Source: Gammaproteobacteria bacterium
GTDB lineage: Bacteria; Pseudomonadota; Gammaproteobacteria; UBA4575
Direction: 5' to 3'
NCBI GenBank assembly: GCA_965243395.1
Contig: CBDEUS010000001.1
Location: 64,001 to 128,000, forward strand
DNA: 64,000 bases
Part shown: one piece after another, positions 60,685-64,000 of the stretch
How the letters are laid out: each line of letters begins with the position of its first letter
Position numbering within the stretch: position 1 is the stretch's first letter
Translations under genes and position numbers: made by a program
The notes under the pieces: generated by a model
The model's input: only the letters and a program-made list of their open reading frames with translations
The model's database searches: none
What the model was told of the DNA's origin: nothing

Positions 60685-61603
60685 ATTTATACGAGCTAGC
60701 CAAAGTTTAGCACTATGGTTGTTAGTGTTGTTTGCTGTTAATGCTTGCTCAACGTTTCGCAGTGAACCACAAGATGGTCCACCTGCGGTAGTACATCAGG
60801 CTGATAAAGATTTACCTAGGGATGTGGTTCCACGACATGAGCCGCGGAGCAAATATGGTAATCCGAAGTCTTATGTTGTATTTGGAAAACGTTATTACAC
60901 TTTGCCTAGTAGTCAAGGTTTTGTACAACGCGGTATAGCTTCCTGGTATGGAAAAAAGTTTCATGGTAGGCGCACTTCGAGTGGTGAAACATACGATATG
61001 TATGCAATGACAGCTGCTCACACGCAATTACCGCTTCCTACGTATGTTCAAGTAACTAATTTAAAAAATGGTAGGCAGGTTGTTTTAAGAGTTAATGATA
61101 GAGGACCGTTTCATGGGAATCGTATTATTGATTTGTCATATAGCGCAGCAAGAAAGTTAGATATTATTCGTGAAGGCACTGGGCTAGTAGAGGTTCGCGC
61201 TTTAGACCCGCATAATTATCGCGCAAATAATTCCTTAAACAGAAAAGACTATAGTGTTAAAGAAAAAAACACTAAACAACAGGAAACTATAGAACAGCAA
61301 GCAGTTTATAGTTCAGAGGACAATGTAGAAGATACAGTTGATGACACTGCAACTGTTTCTAGTTCAGATCCAAAGTTATTTATACAAGTAGGCGCTTTTG
61401 GGGAACGTAAGAATGCTGATCAGCTTATGAATCAGCTTAGTCCTCTCAACTTAGGGAAGGTATTTGTTTCATCTGTAATTCAAAATTCACAACAGCTCCA
61501 TCGTGTACGCATAGGGCCTATTAGCAATGTTGAGTTAGTAGATAAAACTGTTGCACAATTAACTTCAATGGGAATGAAGGATCATCAAGTAGTGATTGAA
61601 TAA
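60671..61603 (+). CDS. rlpA: Septal lytic transglycosylase RlpA
   Basis: Lipobox NAC, GIASWYG, RVNDRGPF, IIDLS, C-terminal SPOR domain (IQVGAF). Confidence 0.95.
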   Translation: MLKIKFIRASQSLALWLLVLFAVNACSTFRSEPQDGPPAVVHQADKDLPRDVVPRHEPRSKYGNPKSYVVFGKRYYTLPSSQGFVQRGIASWYGKKFHGRRTSSGETYDMYAMTAAHTQLPLPTYVQVTNLKNGRQVVLRVNDRGPFHGNRIIDLSYSAARKLDIIREGTGLVEVRALDPHNYRANNSLNRKDYSVKEKNTKQQETIEQQAVYSSEDNVEDTVDDTATVSSSDPKLFIQVGAFGERKNADQLMNQLSPLNLGKVFVSSVIQNSQQLHRVRIGPISNVELVDKTVAQLTSMGMKDHQVVIE

Positions 61604-61664
61604 AAGTAATTTTTTGAGTAGGACTTATCAAGTTTAAAATTTTCAGGATATAAAGTTAATTTTC

Positions 61665-62804
61665 ATGAATAAAAAATATATCGTCATATTTATTTTCATT
61701 TTATTTGCAAATGTGACAATCCATGCGGAGTCATTACCTGTTCCTGCACCTCCACAATTTGATGCAAGCAGTTATGTTTTGATGGATTTTGCCAGCGGAG
61801 CAACTTTAGCAGAACATAATCCAAATGAACGCGTAGATCCTGCCAGTATTACTAAAATCATGACGGCCTATGTAGTGTATAAATCATTAGCTGCCGGGGA
61901 TATTAAAATCCATGACATAGTAGAAATAAGTGAAAAAGCATGGCGCAGTATTGGTTCAAGAATGTTTATTGAGGTTGGTAACAAGATCATTTTAGAAGAT
62001 TTATTGCTAGGTATGATTATTCAATCCGGTAATGATGCCAGTATCGCTCTGGCTGAGCATGTAGGCGGTACTGAAAAAGCGTTTGCAGATATTATGAACG
62101 CTGAAGCAAAACATTTAGGTATGCGTGATACTCATTTTGTGAATGCTACCGGTTTGCCTGATCCAGAACACTTTACTACGGCTGCTGACATTGCTGTGTT
62201 GTCACGCGCCATGATTCACGATTTCCCTGAAGAATATAAGCGCTATGCTCAAAAAGAATATACCTACAATGATATTAAGCAATTCAATCGGAATCGTTTG
62301 TTATGGCGTGACAGTGCAGTAGACGGAATTAAAACAGGTCACACCGAAGCCGCTGGGTATTGCTTAGCGTCTTCTGCTGTTAAGAATGATATGCGATTGA
62401 TATCCGTAATAATGGGTGCCGATAGTGATAAATCGCGTACCGTCAATAGTCAAGCCTTACTGAATTATGGCTTCAGATATTATGAATCACACAAATTATA
62501 CCAGGCAGGAGAGACTTTACTTGAGCGACGTATGTGGAAGGGCGAAAGTAAATTGATTCAATTAGGTTTAGATCAAGATCTTTTTGTCACAATTCCAAGA
62601 GGTAAATATGATGACTTAAAAGCGTCAATGAATATTGACGACGAAATTGTTGCACCAGTTAATCAAGGAGACCAGGTTGGTATTGTAAAAATAACTCTCA
62701 AAGGTGAAGATTATTTAGAGACACCTTTAGTGGCTTTGCAATCAAATCCTGAAGGTGGTTTGTGGCGTAGTGTTGTAGATTTCTTTGTTCAATTTTTCAG
62801 TTAA
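61665..62804 (+). CDS. dacA: D-Ala-D-Ala carboxypeptidase (PBP5/6)
   Basis: PASITKIM, QSGND, GIKTGHT. Confidence 0.9.
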   Translation: MNKKYIVIFIFILFANVTIHAESLPVPAPPQFDASSYVLMDFASGATLAEHNPNERVDPASITKIMTAYVVYKSLAAGDIKIHDIVEISEKAWRSIGSRMFIEVGNKIILEDLLLGMIIQSGNDASIALAEHVGGTEKAFADIMNAEAKHLGMRDTHFVNATGLPDPEHFTTAADIAVLSRAMIHDFPEEYKRYAQKEYTYNDIKQFNRNRLLWRDSAVDGIKTGHTEAAGYCLASSAVKNDMRLISVIMGADSDKSRTVNSQALLNYGFRYYESHKLYQAGETLLERRMWKGESKLIQLGLDQDLFVTIPRGKYDDLKASMNIDDEIVAPVNQGDQVGIVKITLKGEDYLETPLVALQSNPEGGLWRSVVDFFVQFFS

Positions 62805-62810
62805 AGATCT

Positions 62811-63653
62811 GTGATTAGTTCTCCTGCATTTCTAAATGGTGAATACCTGCCATTAGAAGATTGTAAGATTTCCCCTCTGGACCGTGGATTTATTTTTGGG
62901 GACGGGATCTATGAATTATTGCCTGTATATAAGAATAAAGCATTTTATTTAGATCAGCATTTGCAACGCTTGCAGCGTAGTATGGCTGAGATTCGAATTA
63001 AAAATCCATATTCTTTAAATGAATGGCAGTCACTGATTGATAATTTAATTCAAAATTCCGAGCACGAAGATTTAGCAATTTATATTCAAGTTACACGTGG
63101 TATAGCACCACGTGATCATGTATTCCCGCAAGACACACAAGCTACGGTGTTTGCCATGGCTAACCCAATACCAAAGGTTGCTGAAGAACAATTGCAAAAT
63201 GGTGTTGAACTAATCACGAGTGATGATATTCGTTGGCAACGTTGCGATATAAAAGTTATCAGTTTGCTGGCAAATATTCTTGCCAAGCAAGATGCAATAC
63301 AAGCTTCTGCGGCTGAAGCAATAATGGTGCGTGATGGTTATGCCTTAGAAGGTGCTGCAAGCAATCTTTTTGTAATACGTGATGGCGCTGTCTATACACA
63401 TCCAAAAGATAATTTAGTATTGCCAGGTATTACTCGAGATTTTGTTTTGGAATTACTAGATGAACTTGATATTGAATATAATGAGCAGGCGATTCCAAAA
63501 CAGTGGTTATATACATCAGATGAGTTATGGATTACGAGTTCTATTAAAGAAGTATTGCCTGCGACAAAAATTGATCAAAAAGTCGTTGCAGACGGAAAAC
63601 CTGGAAAGCTTTGGAAAAAAACCTATGACTTGTACCAGGAACGTAAAAAATAA
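62811..63653 (+). CDS. D-amino acid aminotransferase (class IV PLP)
   Basis: DRGFIFGDGIYE, YIQVTRG, RCDIK, LPGITR. Confidence 0.9.
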   Translation: MISSPAFLNGEYLPLEDCKISPLDRGFIFGDGIYELLPVYKNKAFYLDQHLQRLQRSMAEIRIKNPYSLNEWQSLIDNLIQNSEHEDLAIYIQVTRGIAPRDHVFPQDTQATVFAMANPIPKVAEEQLQNGVELITSDDIRWQRCDIKVISLLANILAKQDAIQASAAEAIMVRDGYALEGAASNLFVIRDGAVYTHPKDNLVLPGITRDFVLELLDELDIEYNEQAIPKQWLYTSDELWITSSIKEVLPATKIDQKVVADGKPGKLWKKTYDLYQERKK

Positions 63654-63675
63654 GTATTTTTATTGTCGATAATCC

Positions 63676-63939
63676 ATGTCTGATGAATCATTATTGGTTT
63701 TTCCGTGTGAGTTTCCAATTAAAATTATGGGAAAAAATCATCACGGATTTCATCAAGCAGTTATTGAGATTTTAAGAAAACATCTTTCAGATCTTGAAGA
63801 TACAAAAATTAAAGAAACCGAAAGCAAGCAGAAAAATTATTGCAGCATTACTGTTTTTGTAAATGCTACCAGCCAAGAACACTTAGACGGAATTTATTAT
63901 GATTTAACAGCTTCTGAGTGGGTCATTATGGCATTATAA
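63676..63939 (+). CDS. ybeD: YbeD/DUF493 family protein
   Basis: FPCEFPIKIMG, SQEHLDGIY; synteny. Confidence 0.9.
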   Translation: MSDESLLVFPCEFPIKIMGKNHHGFHQAVIEILRKHLSDLEDTKIKETESKQKNYCSITVFVNATSQEHLDGIYYDLTASEWVIMAL

Positions 63940-63950
63940 TTAGCTTAACT

Positions 63951-64000
63951 ATGTTAAATGTCCGGTGTTTTGGTTTGCAGGAATACACCTCAGTATTCGA
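63951..64000 (+). CDS. lipB: Probable start of lipoyl(octanoyl) transferase LipB (truncated)
   Basis: MLNVRCFGLQEYTSVF resembles the LipB N-terminus and follows ybeD; only 16 codons are visible. Confidence 0.6.
   Translation, partial: MLNVRCFGLQEYTSVF

Noticed and set aside
1724-63672. Numerous short ORFs antisense or out of frame within identified genes (e.g. 1724-2200, 8479-8820, 48850-49275, 54464-54805)
   Set aside because: Fully overlap well-supported genes and show no recognisable motifs.
63957-63965. AATGTCCGG, matching the repeat left arm
   Set aside because: No core or right arm; lies inside the probable lipB coding sequence.

Overview
Chromosomal window from an AT-rich gammaproteobacterium, inferred from gene content and synteny. 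Most of it is recognisable core genome: a Zur-controlled zinc-uptake operon, crp-osmC-speD-coq7, rplM-rpsI, rpiA/ilvA, zapA-6S RNA-EVE, ygfB-pepP-ubiH-ubiI, tungstate ABC transporter, lgt-thyA-folA, lptD-surA-pdxA-rsmA-apaG-apaH, an RND efflux pair, a membrane pyrophosphatase and mrdA-rodA-mltB-rlpA-dac-dat-ybeD-lipB. The most striking non-core signal is a family of 30-bp imperfect palindromes (consensus AATGWCYGCTWT-N6-AAAGCGGAYATT, a 12-6-12 layout). They sit right after the stop codons of small, co-oriented accessory genes: five copies at 52.6-54.3 kb and two to four degenerate copies at 24.2-27.5 kb. This looks like an integron-like gene-cassette array whose sites are not attC; no recombinase is present in the window. 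Other points of interest are a probable FNR/CRP-family-controlled sRNA upstream of rplM, a roughly 70% Lys/Arg histone-H1-like protein behind an extremely AT-rich spacer, and a hicAB islet that splits an RND operon. All calls come from reading the sequence by eye; no database searches were run.
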